In this document: positions 35,631 to 48,449 of the stretch, piece after piece | How the letters are laid out: each line of letters opens with the position of its first letter | How positions within the stretch are numbered: the first letter of the stretch is position 1 | NCBI RefSeq assembly: GCF_032444005.1 | Contig: NC_091286.1 | Span: 375,286,001 to 375,350,000, forward strand | Reading direction: 5' to 3' | Length of the DNA: 64,000 nt | Source of the DNA: Ranitomeya imitator | Taxonomy: Eukaryota | Position numbers and translations under genes: made by a program | Notes under the pieces: generated by a model | Seen by the model: the letters and a program-made list of their open reading frames with translations, nothing else | Told to the model about the DNA's origin: nothing | Databases searched by the model: none

Positions 35631-36815
35631 AGAAAAAGAAATGAAAGCTCAGTCTAAGCAGCACAGAAAGATGACTCTGACACAGGATAGGGTTAAGCCA
35701 CAGCGCGATTCAACGGAAATACTGTCATCATCAGGTGGACATTTTAATGGTGACAATAAGGAGGCAGTATATAAATGAAAAACAACCAATCATAACACTG
35801 TTAAAATTACATATGCAAATTATTTATATAGCACAGCTTATCACAATGTTCAACCCTCAAGAGCTATTACAATGTATAGCCCTAAACAGCTATTGAGAAC
35901 ATATAAAAACATATGAGGTAGAAACCTATCACATCTTAAAAAATAAAAAAAAACACACAATATAAAAAATAATCAAAATAGTGAAATTAATAATAAAAAA
36001 TAAAAATAAATAAAAGGAAACAATATTTATCTGGCTACTTTATCTATCATGAGGTCCAGTCCTTCAGGTGCCAACGTGCCGAGTTTAAAAATCCAAAAGC
36101 TTTTTTTATTTATTAAGCTACTAAAATGGTCAGCCACAGTGTCAGGTATATGATCAATAATTATTAATTTCAGAGATTGCAAGTTTTTCTGATGCATTGT
36201 TAAAAAATGTTTGGATAGACTGCGCAAAAGAAAGCCATTTTTGATGTGCTGACGATGTTTGTTCAGTCTACCATGCATTGTTTGTATGGTACGGCCCACA
36301 TATTGTTGACCGCAACCACATTCGATCAAATATACCACATAAGTGAATTGACAGTTAACAAATTAATTCATTTTAAAATGGTGCCTGTTGTATTAGATTT
36401 GAATTCCCGTGCCCCATTCACAATAAAGGTACAACAGAAACACTTGGCATTTCCACATGCAAAACAGCCAGAATAAGGGAAAATCTTGGAACTTCTATAT
36501 ACTGGAACTAAAGTTGTATTACTAGGTGCAATAAAATTGTGTAACATCCGATTCCTGCGAAATATCGTTCTGGGGTGAGCAGGTATATGTTTTGAAAGTA
36601 TTGGATCTCCTCTAAGAATAAACCAGTACTTAGACAACAGTTTCTTAATTATTCCATGAGATTGATTAAAAGTGGTGATGAAGTTCGACCTACCAAATGT
36701 CGTCTTAGGGGAGGGTGGCTCTATGGATTTCTTTTCAATTCTACATATACAGTCTTTCTGAGAGAGGGATTTGGCTTTCAGGCAAGCATCTTTAATCAAT
36801 TTCCTTGGAATCTTG
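35631..36815 (-). mobile_element. PLE family B 3' part: RT C-terminus, Cys-rich linker, GIY-YIG endonuclease, pLTR
   Basis: VYLIECGCGQQYVGRT GIY-YIG motif; CGNAKCFCC linker (Neptune-type); hammerhead-like motif at 35698-35738. Confidence 0.85.
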
Positions 36816-36819
36816 GTGA

Positions 36820-38730
36820 TGAGATACAACAGTATTATTCCTCACCAGAATATTGGATTCTGTGTCAATCACTAGTAAGACAGTGATAGTACTCACACTA
36901 CTAGGGGAACAATCAGCTTCATAAAATGAAATTTGGGAGAGGCCACCAAAATTCCTTAATATTTCACGTTTCAAATGCCTTTTTTTATTTTTTACCAAAA
37001 GTTCATAAAAATCCGATCAAACCCCCCCCCCCCCCCAATACCAATTTTGGTATTGACTCAATCACAAGTAACCTTTCTCACTATGTGGATTTGTTTCTTC
37101 AGAAGTAAGTTGTAGCTTTAGACTCTTATCTTAAAGACTCATCTCACCTCATTGATCTCATTTTGAAACTACCACCCATCCCCAACTGTTTTTTAATTAC
37201 AATGGATGTTCAAGCCTTATACACTAATATTCCCCACGATAGGGGTGTAGAGGCAGTGCATCAATTTCTTTCAACTGATTCATCTATGCCTCCTCAGCAA
37301 AAGGATTTCCTAATAAATCCCATTCTTTTTGTGCTTGAAAATAATGTATTCTCCTTTGAGCAGGTTTTTAATGTCAAGTCAAGGGCTGCGCGATGGGGAC
37401 GAGATTCGCCCCCATTTATGCTAATTTATTCATGGGGCTTTTAAGTCTGTCCTCATCGCGCAGCCAGACCTGACATCTGACATCGTTTTTTTATCGACGT
37501 TTCATAGATGATTTATTCTGTATTTGGACCGGCACTGAGAGCGAAGCACTGGAATTTATTTCCAAACTCAATAAGAACACGTGGGGTTTACGTTTTACAG
37601 CTAATATTTCAAATGTGTCTATTCAAGTTTTAGATCTCTTGATACATGTTGATGGATCCGGCTGCTTCTCCACTACTACATACTGTTAGGGCTAGCGGAA
37701 CGCACCAAATAATAAGATAGATTAAGGTGCATTCGCAGCCCGGGGTCCACCGTGCAGAGATGGAACCTGCTGCCAAGCAATGACGAGCCATATGGTGGTA
37801 CAATGTGAATACACACACGGGTTAACTTCATCCTGTGTGAAGGAAGCGAACCCTTTTAAGTCACAGGGCCGCGGTACCGCACACAAGAGCGCAAGCAAGG
37901 AGTTACCAAGCTCAGTCCCAAGACTTGGGATCCGAGTCCGACTAGACTACTTGCGCTCGACACCGCTAATGGGGTGTCAGCGTAACCAAAGCAATAATAA
38001 AAGATGCACGAGAGTGCATGCGGTGCCGCACTGGCGGATGCCACTAACCACCCAGGCTTGGGTCAGGAAAGCGCTGTGAAAGCGCACGGCGCTGCACTAG
38101 TGGTCACAGCAATTAGACGCTGTATGGTTTGTAACGTGCTGGTAGCTAAGTCGGGCGCTAGATAGCAATCACCCACCAGTCATCCAATAGGGAGGGGATT
38201 TTAATGAACGACTTTCACTCACAACACACACATTTACAAATGTACACTAGCGCATGGCCATGCGGTCATGCGCAGCTTATATAGCTGCAGCACGTTCAGG
38301 ACCTTCCAATAAAGGACCAATGGGAACCGCTGCAGCATCTGAGCATGTGACCCTCGATCTCCAATAGGATATCTCACCCTGGGCATGCTCAGAAGGGAAA
38401 AAGCAGGACTTAGATCCCAAAAGCGTCTGCTCGCCGCTGCCCAGCACTGGCTTCAATGGCAGAAGCAGGCAAAGCAGCAGTAATCCTATGCACAGAGTGA
38501 GACTGAGCAAGACGCTGGGAACGATGTCTCCGCTGAGCAGACTCCACTGCAGCTGGAGAAGAATGGGAGACTGCAGCAGAGATGGTTCGAGATTCCCTCT
38601 GTGCAGAGGCAGGAACTTGACACCTAACACATACTTTAATGCAAATAGCTACTTAAGCTTCAAGAGTGGCCATCTACTAAAGTGGGTGCAAAATGTTCCC
38701 TATGGGCAATATTGGCGGATACGTTAAAAT
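36820..38730 (+). pseudogene. PLE reverse transcriptase (inverted 5' part of family B), interrupted by a solo LTR
   Basis: FLPKVHK, TMDVQALYTNIPH, RFIDDL, PYGQYWRIR motifs with frameshifts. Confidence 0.8.
37684..38629 (-). mobile_element. Solo LTR of the element-X family
   Basis: TGTTAGG...CCTAACA, 5-bp TSD CATAC; homologous to 61448-62348. Confidence 0.9.
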
Positions 38731-39117
38731 TGTACACATTTTTTATCATTAATTTCACTATTTTGATTGCTTTTTATATTCTGTGTTTTTTTTTGTTTTG
38801 TTTTTTTAATTTTTTTATTTTTTAGGATGTGATGCCTAGAGACGCCTAGAGATGCACATGTGGAAAAAAGGGAATCCAGCTCCAAGAGATAAAATCACTT
38901 AACAAAAAACAAACAAAATGAAACATATAGGTTTCTAACTCATATGTTTTTATATGTTCTCAATAGCTATTTAGGGCTATACATTGTAATAGCTCTTGAG
39001 GGCTGAACATTGTGGCAAGCTGTGCTATATAAATAATTTGCATATGTAATTTTAACAGTGTTGTGATTTGTTGTTTTTCATTTATATACTGCCTCCTTAT
39101 TGTCACCATTAAAATTT

Positions 39118-39158
39118 CCACCTGATGAAGACGGTATTTCCGATGAAACGCATTGTGG
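39118..39158 (+). ncRNA. Minimal hammerhead motif in PLE-B pLTR
   Basis: ccac-CTGATGA-agacggtatttccgat-GAAA-cgc-ATT-gtgg; stem I ccac/gtgg; decayed copies at 35698-35738 (minus) and 43545-43585. Confidence 0.6.
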
Positions 39159-39227
39159 CTTAACCCTATCCTGGTGTCAGAGTCTTCTTTCTGCGCTCCT
39201 TAGACTGAGCTTTCAGGTTTTTTTTTT

Positions 39228-40942
39228 AAGAAATAACTTAAGACTGACTTTTCGAAGGTTTTATGGACTGATGAAATGAGAGTGACTCTTGATGGGCCAG
39301 AGGCTGGATCAGTAAAGGGCAGAGAGCTCCACTCTGACTCAGATGCCAGCAAGGTGGAGGTGGGGTACTGGTATGGGCTGGTATCATCAAAGATTAACCT
39401 GTGGGACCTTTTCGGGTTGAAGATGGAATGAAGCTCAACTCCCAGACCTACTGCCAGTTTCTGGAAGACAACTTCTTCAAGCAGTGGTACAGGAAGAAGT
39501 CGGTATCGTTCAAGAAAAGCATGATTTTGATGCAGGACAATGCTCCATCACATGCCTCCAACTACTCCACAGCGTGGCTGGCCAGTAAAGGTCTCAAAGA
39601 AGAAAAAATAATGACATGGCCCCCTTGTTCACCTGATCTGAACCCCATAGAGAACCTGTGGTCCCTCATAAAATGTGAGATCTACAGGGAGGGAAAACAG
39701 TACACCTCTCGGAATAGTGTCAGGGAGGCTGTAGCAGCTGCTGCACGCAATGTTGATCATAAACAGATCATAAACAGATAAGCAGAATCTATGATGGAAG
39801 GCTGTTAGTGTCATCATAAAGAAAGGTGGCTATATTGGTCACTAATTTTGGGGGTTTTGTTATTGTATGTCAGAAATGTTTATTTCTAAATTTTGTGCAG
39901 TGATATTGGTTTACCTGGTAAAATAAACAAGTAAGATTGGAATATATTTGGTTTTTATTAAGTTGTCTAATGATTCTGCACAGTAATATTTACCTGCACA
40001 AACAGATATCCACCTAAGATAGCCAAATCTAAAAAAAAACCACTCCAACTTCCAAAAATGATAAGCTTTGATATTTATGAGTCTTTTGGGTTGATTGAGA
40101 ACATAATTATTGATCAATAGTGTTGAGCATTCCGATACCGCAAGTATCGGGTATCGGCCGATACTTGCGGTATCGGAATTCCGATACCGAGATCCGATAC
40201 TTTTGTGGTATCGGGTATCGGTATCGGATCAATAGGGATGTGTAAAATAAAGAATTAAAATAAAAAATATTGATATGCTCACCTCTCCAGCGGCCCCTGG
40301 ACATCACGTTGGTAACCGGCCGGCTTCTTTGTTTAAAATGAGCGCCTTCAGGACCTGCGAATGACGTCGCGGCTTCTGATTGGTCGCGTGCCGCCCATGT
40401 TACCGGCACGCGACCAATCAGAAGCCGCGACGTCATTCTCATTCACAAAACTCCTAATTCTAGGAATTAAGGACCTGCGAATGACGTCGCGGCTTCTGAT
40501 TGGTCGCGTGCCGGTCACATGGGCGGCACGCGACCAATCAGAAGCCGCGACGTCATTCGCAGGTCCTGAAAGCGCTCATTTTAAACAAAGAAGCCGGCCG
40601 GTTACCAACGTGAAGTCCAGGGGCCGCCGGAGAGGTGAGCATATCAATATTTTTTATTTTAATTCTTTATTTTACACATCCCTATGGATCCCAGGGCCTG
40701 AAGGAGAGTTTCCTCTCCTTCAGACCCTGGGAACCATGAGAATACCTTCCGATACTTGATGTCCCATTGACTTGTATTGGTATCGGATATCGGTATCGGC
40801 GATAGCCGATATTTTTCGGGTATCGGCCGATACTATCCGATACCGATACTTTCAAGTGTCGGACGGTATCGCTCAACACTATTGATCAATAATAAAAATA
40901 ATCCTCTAAAATACAACTTTCCTAATAGTTTTGCACACAATG
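39228..40942 (+). mobile_element. Tc1 3' half (DDE domain and right TIR), interrupted by a hAT MITE
   Basis: QDNAPSH and WPPCSPDLNPIENLW in ORF 39401-39781; ends gcacacaatg|TA. Confidence 0.9.
40118..40881. mobile_element. hAT MITE
   Basis: TIR TAGTGTTGAGC, exact 8-bp TSD TTGATCAA, subterminal CCGATAC repeats. Confidence 0.92.
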
Positions 40943-40944
40943 TA

Positions 40945-43330
40945 GTGTCAGAAAGGAGAATACGTATCTCTCTCCACACTGTCCTGGAACTTTTCCATTG
41001 ACTCAATCCAGGTTTGAATTGAATAAAAAGTAGGATTCCTAGTTTTAAATCCAGAAACAATATTAGTATCGTTTGGTGAATTACCGTATTTTTGGACTAT
41101 AAGACGCACCCAAAATTTGGGGTGAAAATTGCAGAAAATAAGATTTTTTATATGATGGGGGTCAGTCTTATTGTCTGAATTTACAGTATCTTACCTGAGG
41201 GCTGGCGGCGGCAGAGCAGGGTCACAGGAGGCATGGCGTCAGCAAAGGTGGGGTGATGCGGTACAGCGTGCACCTGAGCAGGGTCCCTTCCTGCTTAGAT
41301 GGGCGATGCCACGCCCTTGTGTCCATGGGGGGTTGCAGTAGTGCTGTGGTGACGGCAGAGGTGCAGGGTTAATGAGCGGTATGGCGTGAGCAGGGTCCCT
41401 TCCACAGGTGAGGTGATGCAGGGGCCAGGTATCCATTCCAATGTGAGCAGCAGAGCTGGGTTAATTACTGGTTTATCAGTGGCGGTGGCCATCTTCCTGA
41501 GGCCATGCGTGCGCAGATGGAGATCGCGGCAGCCATTTTCCTGAAGCCGAGATCTAAATCTGCAAACTCGGCTTCAGGAAAATGGCCGCCACGATCTCCA
41601 TCTGCGCACGTGCGGCCTCCCATGGCCATTTTCCTGAAGGCCCGGGAAGCAGAGCACTCCATCTGCGCATGCACGGCCTCAGGAAGATGGCCACCACCAC
41701 CGATAATGCCATGATTCACCAGGCTCTGCTGCTTACCAGGCTGCTGCATCACCTCACCTGTGGAAGGGACACCGCTCACATCATACCGCCTCCTCATCCC
41801 CGTACCTCTGCCACCGCCACAACACTGCCGGTAAGCCTGTATTCCAACTATAAGACACACCCCACATTTTCCCCCCTTTTTTGGTGGGGAATTACATCTT
41901 ATAGTCGGGAAAATAAAGTATTCAAAGTGTCAAGATCTAGGAAACAAAAGAGAGTGTTCTGTTCCAAGAAATCCTTCCCTCTGAATTCATTAATAACAGC
42001 TGAAGATGTTAGCTTATTGGTTTTGTCCTCCAAAAAAAATGTTTTTTTTTACAGTACTTTTTTACAAGTATTTATATCTTTTAGAGTAGAAAAAACATCC
42101 AAGTTTCAGTTAGTGGGAACAAAATTGAGTCCTTTCGAAAGAAGTTTAATTTCAACAACAGACAAAATTATAGAGGATAAATTAGTAACATCTATTGAGG
42201 AGTCTTTTTGACACTCCCCAGTCAACTCCTGAAATACAATGGGGCATTTGCAATGTTTTCTTCTGCCTTTCTTTTTGAGTTTTTTGAGAAATTGTTGTTT
42301 CTGCATGGTTTGCGATAATAGTTAGTTTGAGATTTATTAGTCTTAGCTTGTGGAGGAGCATCCCCCCTAGTGTCTCTTGATGAATCCACTGACACATCTG
42401 AGGATTCAGGATCTGAAGAAGAAAATGTGATGATTTGATTGCCATAAGGAGAACGAGTGCGTTTTTTTCTATAAAGACTTGGGTGTAGCAAGTTGTTTCT
42501 CCCATCTGCCCCATTCATAGACTTGATCATTGGTATAATCAAAAATGTCTCTATTAAATGAGACATTTTTGAGAAAAATGATGGAATCCTCCAATGACTG
42601 TATTTTAGATTTTAATTCTTTCTGGAAAATCTAAAAATTGTCCACAATCATTTTAGACTTGAGAAACAATAAGTTTTTAGTCAAATCTGTCTGAATATTG
42701 GACAGTTCACAGCTCTCATATTTAATAATTAATTGCATGAGCTGAGTTGAACAATTAGTCAGAATAGAATTCCATTCCACCACAAAATCAGTGTTATAAA
42801 CTGTTGCCGGTATTTTCTTTATTCTCAATTCTCTGGGGATCATATTCTGAGCAAGAAATTTTCCAGTGTGGTTTGATCCCACCAGATGCGTGTTTCATTA
42901 AGAGAAAGTTTTTTCACTTCATGTATGGTTTGTAGCAAGGCTGGGGGAGTATCTGCACTGTTCCCTGCAGTATGAAACACTTGCACTGCAAGTTCCTTTC
43001 TGGAAGGATCAATGAAGGAATCCATAGTAAGAAAAAAAAAAAGAGAAAAGAAAAAAAGGGGAAAATAGACAAAGTCCGGCAACATAAAAAAAAATGAAAT
43101 AAATAAATGAAACAGACACTCTCCTTGTTTTTCAATGACAGTATGTCAGCCTAAATTAATGCAAGTCCATGCGACAGCCATAATGCAACATTCATGATAA
43201 AAGTTCATGATAAAAGGGGATCAAGAAAAGGCAGAAGCAAATGCAGAAATCTTGAGAACGGATTTGCGTCTCTGGCAGACGCCTAGAGATGCACATGTGG
43301 AAAAAAGGGAATCCAGCTCCAAGAGATAAA
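40945..43330 (-). mobile_element. Inverted duplicate of the PLE-A 5' region
   Basis: Reverse complement of about 33560-35265, extending further into the ORF; track ORFs 42631-43085 match 33880-34274. Confidence 0.88.
41084..41918. mobile_element. Tc1/mariner-superfamily MITE (Tc2/pogo-like termini)
   Basis: TA|CCGTATTTTTGGACTATAAGACGC ... catcttatagtcgggaaaataaag|TA; empty TA site in the paralog near 35196. Confidence 0.8.
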
Positions 43331-43770
43331 ATCACTTAACAAAAAACAAACAAAATGAAACATATAGGTTCCTACCTCATATGTTTTTATATGTTCTCAA
43401 TAGCTGCTTAGGGCTATACATTGTAATAGTTCTTCAGGGCTGAACATTGTGATAAGCTGTGCTATTTAAATAATTTGCATATGTGATTGGTTGTTTTTCA
43501 TTTATATGCTGCCTCCTTATTGTCACCATTAAAATGTCCTCCGTCCTCCTGATGAGGATGGTATTTCCGTTAAAATGCGTTGTGACTTAACCCTATCCTG
43601 GTGTCAGAGTCTTCTTTCTGCGCTCCTTAGACTGAGCTTTCTTTTTTTTTTCTGTGTCTGTATCATCCATTGGAGGTGTTTGGCTGGAGCTGCGGGGGGA
43701 CTTTGAACTTTCCCTTCCCTTGGGGCTACCTTCTTGGCGCTCTGGAGCAAACCGCCCACTATTGATTTTA

Positions 43771-43925
43771 TTAAGATATTTCTTGGCCCAGTCTTGACAT
43801 TTTATCTTATATTTCTCGTTCAAAGGTGGTTGTTTTTCAGCCTTCCTTACCTTGGCCATGTCCCTGAGTATCGCACACCTTGTGCTTTTTGTTACTCCAG
43901 TAATGTTGCAGCTCTGAAATATGGC
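43771..43925 (-). mobile_element. Tc1 fragment (5' side of the split)
   Basis: EKQPPLNEKYKIKCQDWAKKYL; begins with the duplicated 14-mer ttaagatatttctt. Confidence 0.8.
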
Positions 43926-43949
43926 AAAACCGGTGGCACCTCTCTCAGC

Positions 43950-44580
43950 AAAGAAATCTTTTTTTTCCTAATGTTCAAAAAGCAATTTTGCTATTCAAAT
44001 TTCATGTATTTCATATTTGACGTGTTTTGGCACGATAGAGTGCAACCTTTTTTTGTATATTATATATGGAGGTAGCTGCTCCTGGTATGCACCTATTCAC
44101 ACTAGTTTGGATGTGCCTGTCTTTTTTCTGTCATTTCTATGTTAGCTTACTGACTGCGCACTCCGCCCTTCACCATCTGGTCTTTAATTACATCTATTCA
44201 CACTTGGTTCCGGCCAACCCATATGTAGGCTTTGCTGAGAGAGGTGTCCATATTCACCCAAGCATGCAGACATTAGCCTTTGGTAAGTGTTCACATTTGG
44301 ACAGGGAGGTCAGGTACCCATCAGTTTTTTATTGAGACCACCTTGACGATGGTTGATGGGCTCACACTATTTGGCCAAATTCTGTGCTAAGCGTCTCAAA
44401 AAAATTTTTTTCCTAATGTTCAAAAAGCAATTTTGCTATCCATATTTCATGTATTTCATATTTGACGTGTTTTGGCACGATAGAGTGCAACCTTTTTTTG
44501 TATATTATATATGGAGGTAGCTGCTCCTGGTATGCACCTATTCACACTAGTTTGGATGTGCCAGTCTTTTTTCTGTCATT
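43950..44580 (+). repeat. About 180-bp direct repeat (43950-44135, 44400-44580), probably pLTR-derived
   Basis: Near-identical copies visible; origin inferred. Confidence 0.6.
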
Positions 44581-44669
44581 TTGATGTGGGCTCACTGCCG
44601 GAGCCCACATCAAAGGGGGTGACACAGCATGTGCAGTAATAGTACGGCGCATGTCGTGAAAGGGTTAAA

Positions 44670-47473
44670 TGCCTTGTCTAAAACACACAAGCATATTTTG
44701 CCCCCACATATGCATCCAATAGTCTCTGGCATTGGTTTTCTTAATGAACATCTGGGTGAATGACTTGACACAGTTTTACAACCCTTAGTACAGAGGGTAC
44801 CAGGCTATCTGAAAGACTCAAGAGACGTACTTGCTATGTTTCGAAATGTTGATTGGAATCTTTGCTGGACTTGGTTAACATGTGATGTCATTTCGTTATA
44901 TACGTGTATCCCACATAAAATAGCTATCACTGCAGTACAATTCCACCTCAATAAACACAGTACTTATAATGATGAGTTAAAAAATTATATCATTATGGTT
45001 TTATCCTTTTTATTAACTCATAACTTTTTTTAATTTGACAAAAGGTTTTTTCTTCAAAACAGTGGAGTTTCCATGGGTGCTAAATTCTCCCCATCGTGGC
45101 TAACTTGGTGATGGCTTGGTGGGAATATTTATGCATTTTTAATACTGATAATCCATTTTTTGAGTCCATACAATGGTATTCTAGATATATTGATGACTTA
45201 TTGCTAGTTTGGAATGATGATGTTTCTAAAATTTCTATATTTTTCTATTACATCAATAATAATCCATTCAATTTAAAATTTACATATTTTTTCAATAAAA
45301 AGTCAATACATTTTCTTGATTTTTGTTTATCAGGAATTCCAGACCAAGCCATCACCAGCTGCACACATCACAAATCAACTGCAGGGAACATCATACTGCT
45401 GCACGTAGTTTCCACCCTTTCAACTGTAGTGATAGTTCTCTTTTTCAAACTGAAAAGAACAATATAAAAAGCCATCTTATTAAAAGGAAATATCCTAGCT
45501 GGACTATTAATCGAAATTTCAAATTGTGTATTCTAGATCTAGACAGGATCTAATCAATCCTGATCCTAGTGTGAATAGTGGCTGCAATATCATTGCAATC
45601 CCTTCATCAGAACAACCTGTTTTGGCACTGACATATAGCTCTCACATTAAAGCCATTTCAAATATTATACATCGCAATTTGAATATTCTCAGAAATGATG
45701 ATGCTATGGACAGTATTTTAAAAAATGGCATTAAAATAGTGGCTAGACGTGCACTGACTTTAGGGAGTCATTTGTCTCCAAGCTTTTACAATCCAAACAG
45801 GAATAACCATTTCATTGGTTGACCATGACAAGTTTTTACAAGTGTGGACTTGTAAAACATGTTCACATTCTAAAAAAAACTTCGACTTTTTCAGATAATA
45901 AAAATGAAAACATCTACATAATTAAAAAATTTTTGAATTGCAATTCTTACCATGTGGTCTATATTATTGAGTGCTCAGCATGTAAACTCTAATATGTTGG
46001 TTCCACTATTCGAAAAATTAAAAAATAAAACAAGAGAACATTTAAATGACATTTCACAACCAACCACACGTAATATTTCTAATTTATCAAATCATTTTGT
46101 TACCGTTCACAATAGACAAATAGTGTTGAGCGATACCGTCCGATACTTGAAAGTATCGGTATCGGATAGTATCGGCCGATACCCGAAAAATATCGGATAT
46201 CGCCGATACCGATATCCGATACCAATACAAGTCAATGGGACATCAAGTATCGGAATGTATCCTCATGGATCCCAGGGTCTGAAGGAGAGGAAACTCTCCT
46301 TCAGGCCCTGGGATCCATATTAAAGTGTAAAATAAAGAATTAAAATAAAAAATATTGTTATATTCACCTCTCCGGCGGCCCCTGGACATCAGCGGGAGGA
46401 TCCGGCGTCCGGCACGGCTTCTTTCTTCAAAATGCGCGCCTTCAGGACCTGTGGAATGACGTCCCGGCTTCTGATTGGTCGCGTGCCGCCCATGTGACCG
46501 CCACGCAACCAATCAGAAGCCGCGACGTCATTCCTCAGGTCCTAAAAGGCGCTCATTCTAGGACTTTAGCTGAGGAATGACGTCGCGGCTTCTGATTGGT
46601 CGCGTGGCGGTCACATGGGCGGCACGCGACCAATCAGAAGCCGGGACGTCATACCACAGGTCCTAAAGGCGCGCATTTTGAAGAAAGAAGCCGTGCCGGA
46701 CGCCGGTTCCTCGCGCAGATGTCCAGGGGCCGCCGGAGAGGTGAATATAACAATATTTTTTATTTTAATTCTTTATTTTACACTTCCGATACCGATACCC
46801 GATATCACAAAAATATCGGATCTCGGTATCGGAATTCCGATACCGCAAGTATCGGCCGATACCCGATACTTGCGGTATCGGAATGCTCAACACTATAGAC
46901 AAACCATATTCCTTCAAGTTTTTGCAAGAGAACAAATTAATATAGATCCACGGGGTGGGGACAGAGAGATGAAATTACGTGATAAAGCAGCATTTTGGAT
47001 ATATTTGTTAAATACACGTGTTCCATCAGGTTTAAATCCTAAAAAAGAAATCATGTTGCATTATTGACTGTTCTTTATTTGTTTCATCAATATTAGCTTG
47101 ACAATTCCAGCTTTTAACATTTAATACATTGTTTTTTATATTTGTTGAAGGTGGAGGTGTGTGATTTTTTTGTTTTGTTTTGTTTTGATTTGTTTTTGTT
47201 TTGTTTTTCTTTCCACACTTGCTATGTCTTTGTATAAATTGATGCTATGCCTGGCCAGAGCTAAATGACGGGCTCTTGTGTGTTAGCAACACGTACAGTT
47301 TATACAGGCACTCTCCTTCCGGTTTATCCGTTTTTTGTATGTCTTACAGCCTATTTCTATTTTAAATGAATATTATTAAAGTTAAGTGATTTTATCTCTT
47401 GGAGCTGGATTCCCTTTTTTCCACATGTGTATCTGTAGGCGTCTTACAGAGACGCAAATCCGTGCTCAAGATT
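44670..47473 (+). pseudogene. PLE family A 3' half: RT, GIY-YIG region and 3' pLTR
   Basis: PIVSGIG, DVISLYTCIPH, GVSMGAKFSP, RYIDDLL, TRVPSGLN motifs with stops and frameshifts. Confidence 0.85.
46121..46895. mobile_element. hAT MITE (same family as 40118-40881, opposite orientation)
   Basis: TIR TAGTGTTGAGC, exact 8-bp TSD TAGACAAA. Confidence 0.92.
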
Positions 47474-48449
47474 TCCTGGACTCATAAGGAAATTCATCTA
47501 AAGGGTGAGCTGAATATATCTTTTTTTCTGCATATGCTTTATTCCATGCAGCCTTGGCTTAAGCTTCAATATTTGCATTATATTGATTATAGGCGCTAAT
47601 TAGCCTATATTCATGAGTAGCCTCATTAAGGCCTTTTGCGCTTGCACTTTGTACCTGCCCTGTATATTGATTTATATTATTATATTACACACTCAGGCAT
47701 GTTTCCTGTTTTCTAGGTGCTGCATGCACCTATAGGATTTATTTTTAGCCATTATGCTTTTTAAATATGGCTTATGATTTATATTATATGATGTCATTGT
47801 AAGGAGTTTGTTTGCTCGGAGTTCTGCCTTTTCAATATAGGGATTTCCTCTTTCCATCATATTCCCTAAGTATATAATTTTAGTTTCACCTTATCTCACC
47901 ATGGCATCATTTTGTTTATTTATTTGTCAATAAACTTTATATTTAATTATTTTTTCTATTTAGTGCCTTCATTATTATTTTTGTTGTGGGTATTATCATT
48001 ACTTGGACAGGAGTCTCTTTGGTTCTATATATTGTTTAATTTGGGAATTTGTTATTTTTTGTGGAGATTATTATAGGTTGGCATCTGTACTTAGATGTCT
48101 GGATTGTTTTTACAATTCTTTTATCACATTTTTAACACAATTAATCCTCCCTTTCGCAAAAAGAGCTGAGCAAGAAATGCTAGCTACATGTCTAAAAAAC
48201 ATTAGCGGCAACAGGCCTCAGTATTGGATTGTATGGATTTTCTATTTTTCTAATAAACCAGGTGCATGAAAAAAAAATAGTTTGTGACCTACAGAGATTG
48301 TGAAGTAGACTATCGCAGTTAAAAGTCTGGATGTTCTGTATTTTCTTTTGTATGCTGTAACACAATTATGCCCCCTTTTCCCAAAAAAAGACTCAACAGG
48401 AAAAGCTAGCTGTACATCAAAAAATTCAATCAACTAACGTCCTTCAATA

